Shown here: positions 1-11,697 of the stretch, piece after piece
How positions within the stretch are numbered: the first letter of the stretch is position 1
Layout: the number at the start of each line of letters is the position of its first letter
Source of the DNA: Tubiluchus corallicola
Taxonomy: Eukaryota > Animalia > Priapulida
Assembly (NCBI GenBank): GCA_030141605.1
Contig: JAQGDQ010001441.1
Location: 1 to 41,061, forward strand
Direction: 5' to 3'
Length of the DNA stretch: 41,061 nt
Notes under the pieces: model-generated
Database searches by the model: none
The model's input: only the letters and a program-made list of their open reading frames with translations
What the model was told of the DNA's origin: nothing
Translations under genes and position numbers: made by a program

Positions 1-698
1 TGCTACTGCACTACACTACACTAAACTGCACTACACTACACTAAACTGCACTACACTACACTACACTACACTACACTACACTACACTACACTACACTACA
101 CCACACCACACCACACCACACCACACAACACAACACAACACAGCACCACACCACACTACGCTACGCTATGCTACACTACTGCACCACTACACTACTACAC
201 TACACTACACTACACTACACTACACTACACTACACTACACTACACTACACTACACTACACTACACTACACTACACTACTATGCTATGCTATGCTATGCTA
301 CTGCACTACACTACACTACACTAAACTACACTACACTACACTACACTACACCACACCACACCACACCACACCACACCACACCACACCACACCACACCACA
401 CAACGCCACACCACGCCATGCCACGCCACGCCATACCACACTACACTACACTACACTACACTACACTACACTACACTACACTACACTACACTACATTACA
501 CTACACTACACTACACTACACTACACTACACTACACTACACTACACTACACTACACTACACTACACTACACTACACTACACCACACCACACCACACCACA
601 CGACACCACACCACACCACACCACACCACACTACACTACACCACACCATGCCACACAACACAACACAACACAACACCACACCACACAACACTACACTA
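1..698. repeat. Compound pentanucleotide microsatellite (CTACA)n/(CCACA)n/(CAACA)n, runs off the window start
   Basis: Directly visible alternating blocks of CTACA, CCACA, CAACA and CTATG units; the overlapping ORFs (HYTTL repeats) are translations of the repeat. Confidence 0.97.
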
Positions 699-1077
699 TA
701 GTAGTACATTATTTTTAACACATTTTTCTTTACTTTGGTACAAAAATGCATGGACGCTATACTTAGACACGCATCTCGTCTCGAGTAAGTATTTAACATG
801 TTGCAAACACGATGTGATATAGACTTTGCACTGAGGAATTGTGCTAAAATTCGATTCACATGTTTTGCTGAAAAACTGCTCTGCTGCCTTTTTCGTAGTT
901 CCTCTTACTACCCATTAGCTTATATTTTGTGACTCAGGATTTTCTTATGGATATTTTATTAACAATAGTTGCATTACATGATTGCCTTTTCTGCCATTAG
1001 TTTTTTGAAACGTGTAAGTAGCTTAAAATGAAAGCATGATTATATTTTCACAAACAAAGAGTGTGCATTCAGTCATA

Positions 1078-1088
1078 TGTGTGTGTGC

Positions 1089-1122
<34 letters not shown>
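1078..1122. repeat. (TG)n microsatellite
   Basis: Visible dinucleotide run with two CG interruptions. Confidence 0.95.
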
Positions 1123-1124
<2 letters not shown>

Positions 1125-1208
1125 TGCCAGTGATCAAAACTCGAGCGAACGTTTTGCGCTTGTCAGCGAATTTTCGGAATGTATATTACGACTGTTGGAC
1201 TCACCATC

Positions 1209-1224
1209 CAGATGGCGCCATCTG
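1209..1224. promoter_or_regulatory. Perfect 16-bp palindrome CAGATGGCGCCATCTG (CTCF/YY1-like core on both strands)
   Basis: Palindrome seen directly. AGATGGCGC resembles the CTCF core and GCCATCT the YY1 core. It lies upstream of canonical GTAAGT donors at 1488 and 1735. Function is inferred. Confidence 0.4.
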
Positions 1225-1903
1225 CACTGAACAAACATTAATGTGTCAACTTACAGGTTCAAAATCTCCCGTTGCTCGTGCCGTACTATTGTAAAAAAGA
1301 TCTTGAACACACAGCTGGTTTATGTAGTATTTAACGTGTATTGCTTTGCCAATGTGCATTGTACGTATTTGTGCAAATAAAACTGAATTGAATTGTTCAA
1401 AGTCTCCCATTGCTCGTGCCGTTGAAGAAAAGACCTTGAACACACGTGCGCGTGAAGTGTATTATAGCAGTTGTTAAGTCCAGTCTGGTAAGTCTATCGC
1501 TAATGGCCGCTTGACTATATTGTAGCATTATTAAGTTTACAGATATACGCTTTCAATAAACCAATGGAAGATGAAATATTTTAGTATGTTATCATGTATT
1601 TTATATGTTTTTAGTTAATGATGGTTATTCTATGCTCATCATAGTGTGGAAACTGTGTAGAACTGTTACAGTGGCTGTGAACGGGACAATTTCCAGTGTG
1701 TTAAGTCTTCTGCTGGTACGTACTCGACTATTTCGTAAGTTTATTAAATTCATAGATTCACAGTTTGAGAAGACGAATTGAATGTGAAACGTATTAGCAA
1801 CTTATCATGTATTTTACCTTTTTACAATTCTGATTATTCTGTGGAAGCTGTGCAGTGTGTAGCCTGCATGTGGTCTATGGCGGTGCTACTTTCAGTCTAT
1901 TAA

Positions 1904-2418
1904 AGCACAAGAAAACCCTTCATGAACATAAAGCTTAAAAAATTCGCTGAAATTTATATCACTTACATACTGCCTTTTTGCATGCACGACTTCAATCGGC
2001 AGTCACGCTGTATAAATCATGTAAATTTAAACTCCCGGGATGACCGTTACACGCAGCCATTTTCACGACAGGTCATTTGAAACGAGTTTAGATAACATTT
2101 TGTAAAGTTTGAAAAAATAATCAGAGCATTCGTAGCGCACAAGTCACTAACTAAATAAAATTTTAAATTACTGTATCTCGTCAATAAAATTCAAAATACG
2201 TTTTTTGGTTAGTGAGTGGTGCACCCTGGGGGTGAGTCAGCAACATTTCACCAATTGGTGAAAACATTTTAAATTATTAATAATTTTCTTTTCTAGTTAC
2301 ATAAGTCTTTCTAGCAGTTAAACGAAAATCTAAGTAATATAGATTTGCACGAAAGTCTTTTGAAATATAATTTAGCATTGCCTTTTGTTCCCTTGATTTA
2401 CGTTTCGTACATGACGTA
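1904..2418 (-). mobile_element. Truncated Kolobok-like non-autonomous DNA transposon (family A), inverted relative to 8768-9443
   Basis: Reverse complement aligns by eye with ~8930-9443 along its whole length; outer end TTAA|AGCACAAGAAAACCC (TTAA at 1900-1903). TTAA target and AG..CT termini are Kolobok hallmarks. Confidence 0.8.
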
Positions 2419-2677
2419 TTGAACAATTGAAGATGAAGTATTTACCATGTCATCATGCATTTTATGTTTTCAGTTAATGCTGGCCACTCCGTGTTCAGCG
2501 TAGTGCGAGAGCTGTGTCACTGTACAACGCCGGAAACAGCACAATCAGTTTTGTTCGGTGGATGCCCCGGATTAAGTTCAATTGTTCATCTAGTCTGTTG
2601 TTCATAATCGACTTCTGTTAGAAGAGAAAGCATCACAGAAGACAGCAAAAATGGTTAGATATAATAATAATAATAAT

Positions 2678-2862
2678 AACTAGCAAAGGCCCCGCAAAAA
2701 ATTTTGAGTATAAATACACTTATCATCAATAATACGCGAACATCCTACACAGTCCTCTCTTATAACGCAAAGCCAGCAGCAGCTTTTACTGAATTAAAGT
2801 TATGGGCAGTTTTTGGAGGTTTTTCACCCCCCCGTTCCTCCCGGTGTGCCCGATTCGCAAAA
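2678..2862 (+). mobile_element. Internally deleted interspersed repeat (family D, possibly Helentron-like), inserted in (AAT)n
   Basis: AAAGGCCCCGCAAAA and CAGCAGC..CTTTTACTGAA.TAAAGTTAT.GGCAG are shared with 34176-34530; flanked by AAT runs. Superfamily call is tentative. Confidence 0.5.
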
Positions 2863-3415
2863 TATAATAATAATAATAATAATAACAAAACAACAGCAAC
2901 AGTTATTGTAATATCAGTTATTGTACTAATGGAAAGCTGTTGTCTTCGTAACTCTATAGTTAGAGAGAGAGAGAGAGAGAAAGACGAGAGAGAGAAAGAG
3001 AGAAAAGAGAAAGACACAGAGAGAGAGACACATGAAGAAACAAACCTACAGTTACATAAGTACACAGCATTCATTTCAGTTTGGAGGAAAAAATATCTCT
3101 TATATGTACATGTTCTAAACCTGGTCGTTCACTAGATCTCGACTCCATCCACCTATAGCAACATACCCCACAGGTGTGACCTTAGTTCAGAAATTGTAGA
3201 AGACTGTCGTAATTTAAACTTGAGAGATTTATTCCCTCAAAAGCACAACTATCGGATAATTAAACATGTGCTGCCATCTACAATTAAACTTGCTTGGTTT
3301 TGTTTTGTCATTACATGCAGTATCACAATTAATGCATGTAAAAGGTCATAAATTACTGTCATGGGGTCTGAAGGCATAGATACTACTTGGGTTGATTTTG
3401 CCATGCCTTGTTATC

Positions 3416-3988
3416 TAGGGTCACCATACGTTCGGGTTTCCCCGGACTCGTCCTGTTTTTGGGCTGGTTTTCAAAAAACCGGCAGTTTCTGTGGGTTTTG
3501 CGTCAATCTGTAAGTATGTACGGACATTGCCAACTGCAGAGGCGCATAGCAGTACGAGACAAAGAAAAGCTCATTAATTTTCAATACAAGATGTTGCTAA
3601 CATCTCAAAATGTAACCCTTGTAAAAGCTTTGTGTACATATTTACTGAACAAAAGTAAGCGATGCACGCATCACTGTCACATGACTCGCACCGTGGTCGA
3701 TACTCGGTCTTCGGAAAAGTATTCTTGGTCTCAGCCTCTGGCTCAGTCAAGTTCAAGTGTAACTGTTTCTGAGAGACAAGAAGAAGCAGGCGACTGACAG
3801 TTGCAGTGTGTTAATGTTTTTTGCAGTATAGCCATTTGGTATTACTATTAGAATACATGTAGGCCTATTTGTATAATTTGCATTTTATTTTGCATTGTTT
3901 TAATACACCCTAGACTAGTCGTTTTTGCCTACTTACAAGTGTACGAAAAAGTGTCCTCTTTTTCAACTCAGACAATATTTTAACCCTG
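3416..3988 (+). mobile_element. hAT (Blackjack/Tip100-like) MITE, copy 1
   Basis: Ends TAGGGTCACCATA ... TATTTTAACCCTG; 8-bp flanks TTGTTATC (3408-3415) / TTGTTACC (3989-3996), 7/8 match; long homology to 7651-8166. Confidence 0.8.
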
Positions 3989-5129
3989 TTGTTACCTAGT
4001 AACTGTATTTTGATGTTAAATTCAGGTTGTGACCTTGGACTTTGCTGCTCAATCACCTGTACCTGCTGAGCTTTCCATATATGGTAGTGAAGACCGCTAG
4101 TGAGTTTCTCTAGCCAATCAGGTTAGCTCAGCAGGTGCTTGTGACTTTCAGGCCAGCCTGAGCTTTATTTGATTCTTGCTGGTTATTACTGCAATGCAAT
4201 ATCTTTCACATCTTTGGCACTGTGTGTTCGCGAGTCATGTGGCACAAGAATAAAAAAAAGATTAAAACATCAAAACACACAGCTAGAAGATACAGCTATG
4301 TAGCAGAATGTTTAAACACAGTGTACATAATGTTTGCACACTGTTTTTGTGCTTGCATAGCAAAATCTTCCGTAAGTCGGCAATTAAACTTTTCTAGTTA
4401 TTCACAGACCCTGAATCTCCATCTCATGAGGATCATTTTGTTACCAAGCTCATTGCTCTATGTTGTTTCTAACCTGAGATAATCCACGTTGAAGTTGAGG
4501 TGCAGGCTACGCACTGAAAAACATAATCTTGAGAAAATTACTGTTACAATTAGTCATTGTTTTTTGTCGCGTTTCTACAAAACACTTAGCACCCGCACGT
4601 AAGTGTGGTTGCTATGACTTTTACAAAAAACAAATTGAAGTTACATTTATATCCAGTAGATGGCTCGGTCTGACGAAGATCTGGTCTTGTCAACAAAAAA
4701 AACCTGAAGCTAAATGGCAGATTCCACGAGCTACAATTGGAGTTAGAAAATACAAGTTTTTTACAATTTCAGTACTAGTTTCTAGACAGAAAAGGGAGAA
4801 ATTAGATTTTTAGTATTTTTTGGACATTTTCCTGATAATTTGATGCTAGAATATAAAAGTTCAATATATTTAACATTTATTTCATAAAAAGTAAAAAATC
4901 GACATTTTACCAAACTTTTGGTGCTTTCTATCATAACGTAGTTTTAACTATGCCGACTTATTGACGGTTTTTGTTTGCAATCACACAAATTGGCAGATTG
5001 ATTTAGTATGTTTGTCATTTAGCACAGTTTTGACTGTACAAAACTTTCTGAGATCGACATTTGCACAATTTCATTTCATAGACTCGTTCCTACATTTTGA
5101 CGCACCTTGTAGACGATTTACATGGTAGC

Positions 5130-5268
5130 ATTATTATTATTATTGTTATTATTATTATTATTATTGTTATTATTATTATTGTTATTATTATTATTATTAT
5201 CATTATTATTATTGTTATTATTATTATTATTGTTATTATTATTGTTATTATTATTATTATTATTATAT
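5130..5268. repeat. Interrupted (TTA)n/(TTG) trinucleotide microsatellite in intron
   Basis: Directly visible; explains the poly-I/L/N ORFs. Confidence 0.95.
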
Positions 5269-5425
5269 TCTGCTCCAGATATAAAAATGCATGTTGAAAA
5301 TAGGTAAAAGATTTGACGCATATGATTGGAATGCTATGATGTTAGAGATGCACCAAAGTTTAATGCTTAACAAATCCATCTGTACTTACAGTTCAAAATT
5401 TAATTCTCTGTTTGCTTTTTTTCAG

Positions 5426-7312
5426 AATTTTGACGAGAGCAGCGAAGAAATACCAGACATCGACAAGCGAGACTTCCACGGTTTTACAAGACTTCACAGA
5501 GCTGTGAGTGATAACAATGCCGACGAGGTGAAGCAACTGATACAAGATGGCGCCAACGTCGACGTTGCAAGTGCATTCGGGTACACAGCATTAATGCTTG
5601 CAGCTGCCAGGGGGCGGGAACGCATTGCTAGTCTGCTGCTAGAAGCAGGTGCTGATCCTAATGTAACCAGATCAAATGGTTGGACGGCGCTGATGTTTGC
5701 AATCAGGAAGGCAAAGGGAGCCGGTTTTGCGCTAAGCTTAGCCAACTTGTTGCTAGAAGGAGGCGCTGATCCTAACTTGATGAACAGAAACGGTTGGACG
5801 GCGCTGCATTTAGCTGCCGACGAAGAAGTAACTCTGGATTCGGGAGTGGTGACTTCATTAGTGAAACATGGCGTTCTCATTGAGAAACAAGATGTTGAAG
5901 GGAAGACTGCAGTTCAGAAGTACATCGACATTGCAACAAACAAAACCCTGAACAAAGAACTACGAGAGACTATTGGCTATCTGCTAAAATCTCAGTACGT
6001 AACAGCCAATAAAATGCTCGACAACCGTGATCAGGTTACATCTAAAACGAGACGCAGGAATCTACAGCTAAAGAAAGACACAGATTGTAAATCCGTGCCA
6101 GAAGTACTTAGTCTCTACGGCATAGGACGTCTTCCACCGACTGATGACAATCATGTTATCAGAACAAAAATTGAGGCCTTTGCCGCCAGAGTATGTACTA
6201 AATTGCGAGAAATAGATGAAAGGTTTGATTCCTTTTACAAGCTTGTTGGCAGCAGCGCATGCGGAATCAAAGCCGGGTTACCGGATGAGTTCGATTTTTT
6301 CATCATCTTGAAAAGCTTATGTGAGGATCTGAATGTCGAAGAAACCGACGAAGCAGGATACGTAAAAATTACGTTAGGCGACAAAGCAATGAGAATGTTT
6401 CCCGAGTTTTTTGAAAAGGGTAGATTGCTTTCTGGCAACTTTAAGAGTTATTTCGTGACTCTTGTATGCCGGGCTATCAACGTTATTTTTACGGAAGACA
6501 CAGAAATAACGGAATCTTTTGATTTCATTGATGTGGAGTGGAACAAGGTGTGTACTTGTATTCACCTTTTGTACCACGGAGGCTGCTATGAATCTCTGGA
6601 CATTTCACTGGACATAACACCTGTCTTAGAAGTGCCAGAGAATCCACCCGGGATGCTGCAGTCACACTACACTGGTTCCGCTACTCCTTATCACCTTGTA
6701 TTTAAGCCGTGCCCAGGCGCAGGACAAAATCACTGTGCCATATCCATGGCCGTGCTCGAAAGTCAACTTGTTGCAAACATGAGCGAGCCAAAGAAAGAAG
6801 GAATAATTCTGACGAAAGCTTTGCTCGACGATTACCTTTATTGTCGGCAACCGGAAGCCATCGATAGCCTAAAGCAGGAAAATTCCGAGAAGGATTTCGT
6901 GCGCGTGTTTTCTACGCTTAAATTCCATCCCAACAATCTCATAGATTCCTACGTAGTGAAAACGGCTTCATTTCGTGAAGCCAGCTGCTATGAAGATGAC
7001 AATCACTGGAAAGACGACGAAGTCTTAAATCGAATTTTAGGCATACTCACCTACATTTCAGAATGCTGCAGTAAAAAGCACATGCCTCACCATCTTCTTG
7101 ATGGCGTGAACGTGCTCAAAGAACATGCCAATAAGAAAATCGATGGTGTGCCTCTTTTGGATTTGATGGACCTATGTGCGGACAGAATTGGCGCTCATGT
7201 GCGAAGCAACACTGTGCCAACTAACTTAGGCATTACAATTGAAAAAGAAATCTTGCTTGAAAAAGTCGGGAAACGGGATGAGTTTCTCTTTTCGTGGTAC
7301 ACGTACGAGCAG
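5426..7312 (+). CDS. Main exon of ankyrin-repeat + Mab-21/cGAS-like receptor (cGLR) nucleotidyltransferase
   Basis: Within ORF 5291-7339. Acceptor TTTTTTTCAG| at 5425 and donor CAG|GTATTT at 7313, both phase 0; 629 codons. Four to five ankyrin repeats (GFTRLH, GYTALM, GWTALM, GWTALH, GKTAVQ; ~5480-5920). NTase motif LVGSSACGIKAGLPDEFDFF (6242-6301), third acid in ISLDITP (6611), Mab-21 C-terminal motifs SYVVKTASF and CCSKKHMPHHLLDGVNVL (cf. human cGAS SYHVKTAFF and CLRTEKLENYFIPEFNLF). The ORF's first 45 codons are probably intronic; start exon not firmly located. Confidence 0.92.
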
Positions 7313-7650
7313 GTATTTTATAGATTCAATTCAATTTAATTCAATTCAAAAGGTTTATTTATCTCTAATATAATATCTAACATGATATAATAGTGGATGT
7401 GTTTTTATATGATCACGACCAATTACAGATTTGTTCAAAGTCGAATGAGTTATTTATTTGAGTCGTTCAGCTTTAAGACTTTCTTTTCAGGAATATTTGC
7501 TGTTTGCTATCACATCCAGTTTACATTCCTGCCACGAACAAGGAGTATTATCTTTGCTTACAAGGTTGCACGACTTGTACCTGGTGGTGCACAATCCAGT
7601 GTTAGACATCAAAATCTTGCTACAGGTTTGTGTTAGAGATGAGTGTTAAC

Positions 7651-8166
7651 TAGGTTACCATACGTCCTGGTTTCCCCAGGCATGTCTTCCTTTTGGACCT
7701 CTGTCCTGGCGGGTTTTCAAAAAATCGGCAGTTTGTCCGGGTTTTGCCTCAATCCGTAAATATGTACGGCCGTTGCCAACTGCAGTACGAGACAAAAAAA
7801 CCTCGTTAATTTTCAATACAAGATGTTGCTAACATCTCAAAATGCAACCCTTGTAAAAGCTTTGTGTACATATTTACTGAATAAAAGTAAGTGATGCGCA
7901 CATCACTATGGGTTATGCGACTCACACCGCTGTCGATACTCGGTGTATTCGCTAACGACTTCGAATGACGCTTCCGGGAGCCATTTTGTTTGTTTTTATG
8001 TGAATTTATTTAGATTTGTATAGTTTTGCTGTTTTGCAGTTTTGAGCGTAATTGGTAAAAGTTAATTAGAAAGTAGCAATGCCGAAACGACATTGTGCAT
8101 TTACAGAAGAAATGAAGGCCTAGTACGCGTGTCCTCTTTTTCAACTCAGACAATATGGTAACCCTA
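7651..8166 (+). mobile_element. hAT (Blackjack/Tip100-like) MITE, copy 2
   Basis: TIRs TAGGTTACCATA ... TATGGTAACCCTA; 8-bp flanks GTGTTAAC (7643-7650) / TTGTTAAC (8167-8174); shares long blocks with 3416-3988 (e.g. TTAATTTTCAATACAAGATGTTGCTAACATCTCAAAATG). Confidence 0.85.
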
Positions 8167-8767
8167 TTGTTAACTCCTTCAGGACCGTAAGCATTTGCTG
8201 CATTTTGCATGGGTTAATGAAAAACTGATCACACCAAGTAGCGATTACGTTATGATTGATAATTTTTGTAGGTACTCCCCACGCAATGAATTTTAATGGA
8301 AAATTATAAAATATGAATTGCATGTGCTTATCTTAGAGAACTTAAAAATCAATTTTTAAAGAAAAAATTGAAAAAAAACTTTCGGTGACTGCAGTTTTTG
8401 CACTGTAACAATGTTCAGTATCACTTGTGTAAGCAGAAAGCTTCAACTGTCCAGACACAATCACTCTGATACAGTTTGACCTCAAGTCTACTCTATATTT
8501 AAGGAGAAATTCCTGTTAAAAGATGAAACATCCTTAATTTGTACTTGGTTGTTCAGTTAGTTTTTCCTGGACTCATTAGGAATGCCTGAAAGGAGCATGT
8601 TTTTCCCAATTTTATCCAATTTAAAACTCTTAAAATGCTAACACAAATAGCATGACTGGATAAGAAAGATCCTCGTCAGTAGAATGGAGCCTAATTTGTA
8701 ATCATTTAATTATGTTTGTGTTTACGAAACAACAGAAAAATCATAATCTTATAAGACCTATATTTAA

Positions 8768-9443
8768 AGGACAAGAAAAGGGGCACCTGAAGTAGTTTTC
8801 AGCAAAATCGCCTAAAAAAATTATATTACTTTATAGCAATTTTATGCGTATATCGTACTCGCACTGAAAGGAATTTTAGTTTATTTTCATTTTAAATTTC
8901 CCGAAGTCGCCATTACATGACGTCATATTACGCACAACGTAAATCAAGGGAAGAAAGGCAATGTTAAATTATATCTCAAAATACTTTCCGTGCAAATCTA
9001 TATTACTTAGCTTTTCACTTACCTGCTAGAAAGACTTATGTAACTAGAAAAGAAAATTATTAATTATTTTAAATATTTTCACCAATTGGTAAAATGTCGC
9101 TGACTCACCCGCCAGGGTGCACCACTCACTAACCAAAAAACGTATTTTTAATCTTATTGACGAGATACAGTAATTTTAAATTTTATTTAGTTAGTGACTT
9201 GTGGGCTACGAATGCTCTGTTTATTATTTCAAACTTTACAAAATGTTATCTAAACTTGTCATCTCAAATGACTTATCGTGAAAATGGCTGCATCTAACGG
9301 TCATGGCGGGAGTTTAAATTTACATGTTTTATACAGCGTGACTGCCGATTGAAGTCCTGCATGTAAAAAGGCAGTATGTAAGCGATATAAAATTTCAAAA
9401 CGAATTTTTCAAGCTTTATGTTTATGAAGGGTTTTGTTGTGCT
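8768..9443 (+). mobile_element. Complete Kolobok-like non-autonomous element (family A) with TTAA TSD
   Basis: TTAA|AGGACAAGAAAA ... TTTTGTTGTGCT|TTAA imperfect TIRs; related copies at 1904-2418 (inverted) and ~37530-37900 (diverged). Confidence 0.8.
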
Positions 9444-9613
9444 TTAACGGTGTGGTTCAGAATCGATGGCCATAATGGTTCTAACACTATGTACTTTGTC
9501 TTATTAACTGATTTATTTATTCTGCAAGCTACATTACAACATGATGTAAATATGTCGTCCCGTTGTTACATTTCACACCTGCTTTTTGTTAGCCAAGAAT
9601 TGTTTTGTTTTAG

Positions 9614-9660
9614 GTGATGAATGCATACGATAGCAATGATGAAATTCGAGCCACTGCAAG
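9614..9660 (+). CDS. Predicted small internal exon of the ANK-cGLR gene (VMNAYDSNDEIRATA)
   Basis: Acceptor TTTTGTTTTAG|, donor AAG|GTATGA; phase 0 in and phase 2 out, compatible with both neighbouring exons; open frame. Confidence 0.65.
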
Positions 9661-9889
9661 GTATGAATAACAGTAGTTCATTAACAACATGCAAATGTAC
9701 ATCACATGTCAATTCCTGTTATAAGAATGAGGTTTGATATGATGAGGCACCACTGCTGTTGATGATTACAACAATAAAATCAGACTCATTTTGCTACACT
9801 CATGTATATATCTAATCGTTATTTGCCATAGAAAATCGATATTCATAACTATGAAAGCACATCGCAGCATGAGAATAAAATTCACACAA

Positions 9890-10250
9890 CTGTTATAGGC
9901 ATCCAGTGCAAACTAAAAACTACTGTGCCAAAAATTTTAAACAAAATATACATTATAATGTTACACGCGTATTATAATAGACTATATACTATATATACAT
10001 ACAATTTAAAATGGACGTGGGTAAATAAAATTTGTGGATGAATAGATATTATCGTTTACGTATGTAGGGTTTTCAAAATGATTTAATGTATGTATTTTTA
10101 ATTTTGATTTGATTTCGTCGAAAGACTTGGTTTGTTTTAAATTTGATGGCAGGGTATTCCAAAGTTGAACTCCTTGTTTAGTGATAGAATTGTTGCCGTA
10201 TTTGTTAGTAGTGCGTGTTTGTTTAATATTGTCTGTTCTTGGTATAATAG
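9890..10250 (-). mobile_element. 5'-truncated LINE (CR1/L2/Crack-like) ORF2 C-terminus plus part of 3' UTR
   Basis: Peptide KYGNNSITKQGVQLWNTLPSNLKQ...FIYPRPF is homologous to the end of ORF 20074-20682; UTR motif CATCCAGTGCAAACTAAAAAC matches ~20961-20982 in reverse. Confidence 0.8.
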
Positions 10251-10822
10251 CACCCAAATAAAAAGAGAACAAAGTTAACAGCTTGCGTCTCAATGATGCA
10301 CCCAACACAACGACCATGTTGGCGAAACATGGTTCTTCTTTACTGCTTATGTTTCGATGCGCATTTGCATCATTCATATGAGCACATTCACCGGCCAGCT
10401 AGAGATAGAAATTAAACTTAAAACTAATGAACGCTACCCTATTACGTAGACTATGGAGTGCTCTGATGATGATGCAAATTAGCATCCAAATGGAAGCAAC
10501 AAAAAAGTACACACTTTGCTGTAAACAATAGCCTTTGTGTTTTGTGCAGTGTTGAAACTGAAACTGCTGACCAATCTTTTATTTACATTTTTGCTGTTCT
10601 ATTCGTCCAACTGTGACTGGATTATGGGAAATTGTAAAATGAGATAGCGGTTATTGATTTGTTGATACCAAACTTAACTGAAAGGAGGGAACATTTAACA
10701 AATTAAATTTTCAGATTCCTCTGGATTAATTGACGAACTGTTAGATTGAATTGGGATTTGCGATGATCCCGATGTAAATTGAAGATCAGATCGTTCTTCT
10801 CATACAGAGTCTAATGGTAATA

Positions 10823-11288
10823 CAGTAGTACCTTGGTTTTCGACCATAATTCATTTCTAAAAAGTGTTTGAAAACCGATTTGCTCGAGAACCAAATCATT
10901 TATTCCCATAAGAAATAATGCAAAAACAAATAATCCGTTCTCAAGCACCAAATGATCTGTAAAGTGTCACTAAAAGGATATATAATAATGCAAAAATGTT
11001 TATTCAAACAGTAGATATGATAATTGATAAGAAAAACATAATAGAATTACTTTGAAAGAAAAACATAATTGTTCCTGCATGAAAAAGCGGAAAAAATAAG
11101 CGTAGAAAGCAGTTAGCGATGTTAGGCGATTGAAATCTTGTTTACGCTCGGCTCTACTTGGCTCGCCACCCATGCTTTCATCACGTGTTTGGCGGTTGGT
11201 CGAGAACGGAGACAATTTCAGCTCGAATTTACTGGTCGAAAACCGATTTGTACAAGTACAGAGACGTTTGACAATAGAGGTATGACTG
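10823..11288. mobile_element. Tc1/mariner (pogo/Tigger-like) MITE
   Basis: TA|CAGTAGTACCT ... AGGTATGACTG|TA ends with TA TSD; subterminal GAAAACCGATTTG motif at both ends. Confidence 0.75.
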
Positions 11289-11697
11289 TAATGATTTTGA
11301 TTGATTTTTTGACATTTCAGTGAGATACTGAAGTTTGCAATTAACTACCAAATCTGTCCTAGTGGCAACATTGATGAGTTGACTTCAGTAACTAAACGGT
11401 ATGAATTTTCCTATAGATCAAATAAAGCTAAATTATGACTAATAATTATCCACAATATACGTTATTACGATCATGGAATTTTTTTGGTTCAAATTACATC
11501 TATTGTAAATTGCTGATGCTTACTAGTGGTATGAATAATTCTTGTTAGTAAAAACATTTTAAAATAAGTAGTATATTTGGTTTTATAATATGCTTTTTTC
11601 AAACACTTTAATTTCCATTTTGTATTAATAATGTTGTTTTCTTTTGGAAAGTTCAATACTGATTTAAATACAACAGCATCTGCTTTCATCATTTCAG

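Noticed and set aside
168-859. His/Tyr/Thr-rich ORFs
   Set aside because: Translations of the pentanucleotide microsatellite.
5097-5321. Poly-Ile/Leu/Asn ORFs (also 28096-28443)
   Set aside because: Translations of (TTA)n/(AAT)n microsatellites.
5494-6850. Antisense ORFs inside the cGLR exon
   Set aside because: Shadow frames of a real coding exon; no independent signals.
5291-7339. Bacterial CBASS CD-NTase operon, or a single-exon 682-aa gene as given in the ORF track
   Set aside because: Mab-21-type C-terminal motifs, splice signals at both ends and no adjacent Cap effector genes. The first 45 codons are AT-rich and end in a polypyrimidine-CAG acceptor.
8174-8595. piggyBac-like element (TTAA|CTCCTTCAGG ... 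CCTGAAAGGAG)
   Set aside because: Short imperfect match, no right-hand TTAA and no second copy in the window.
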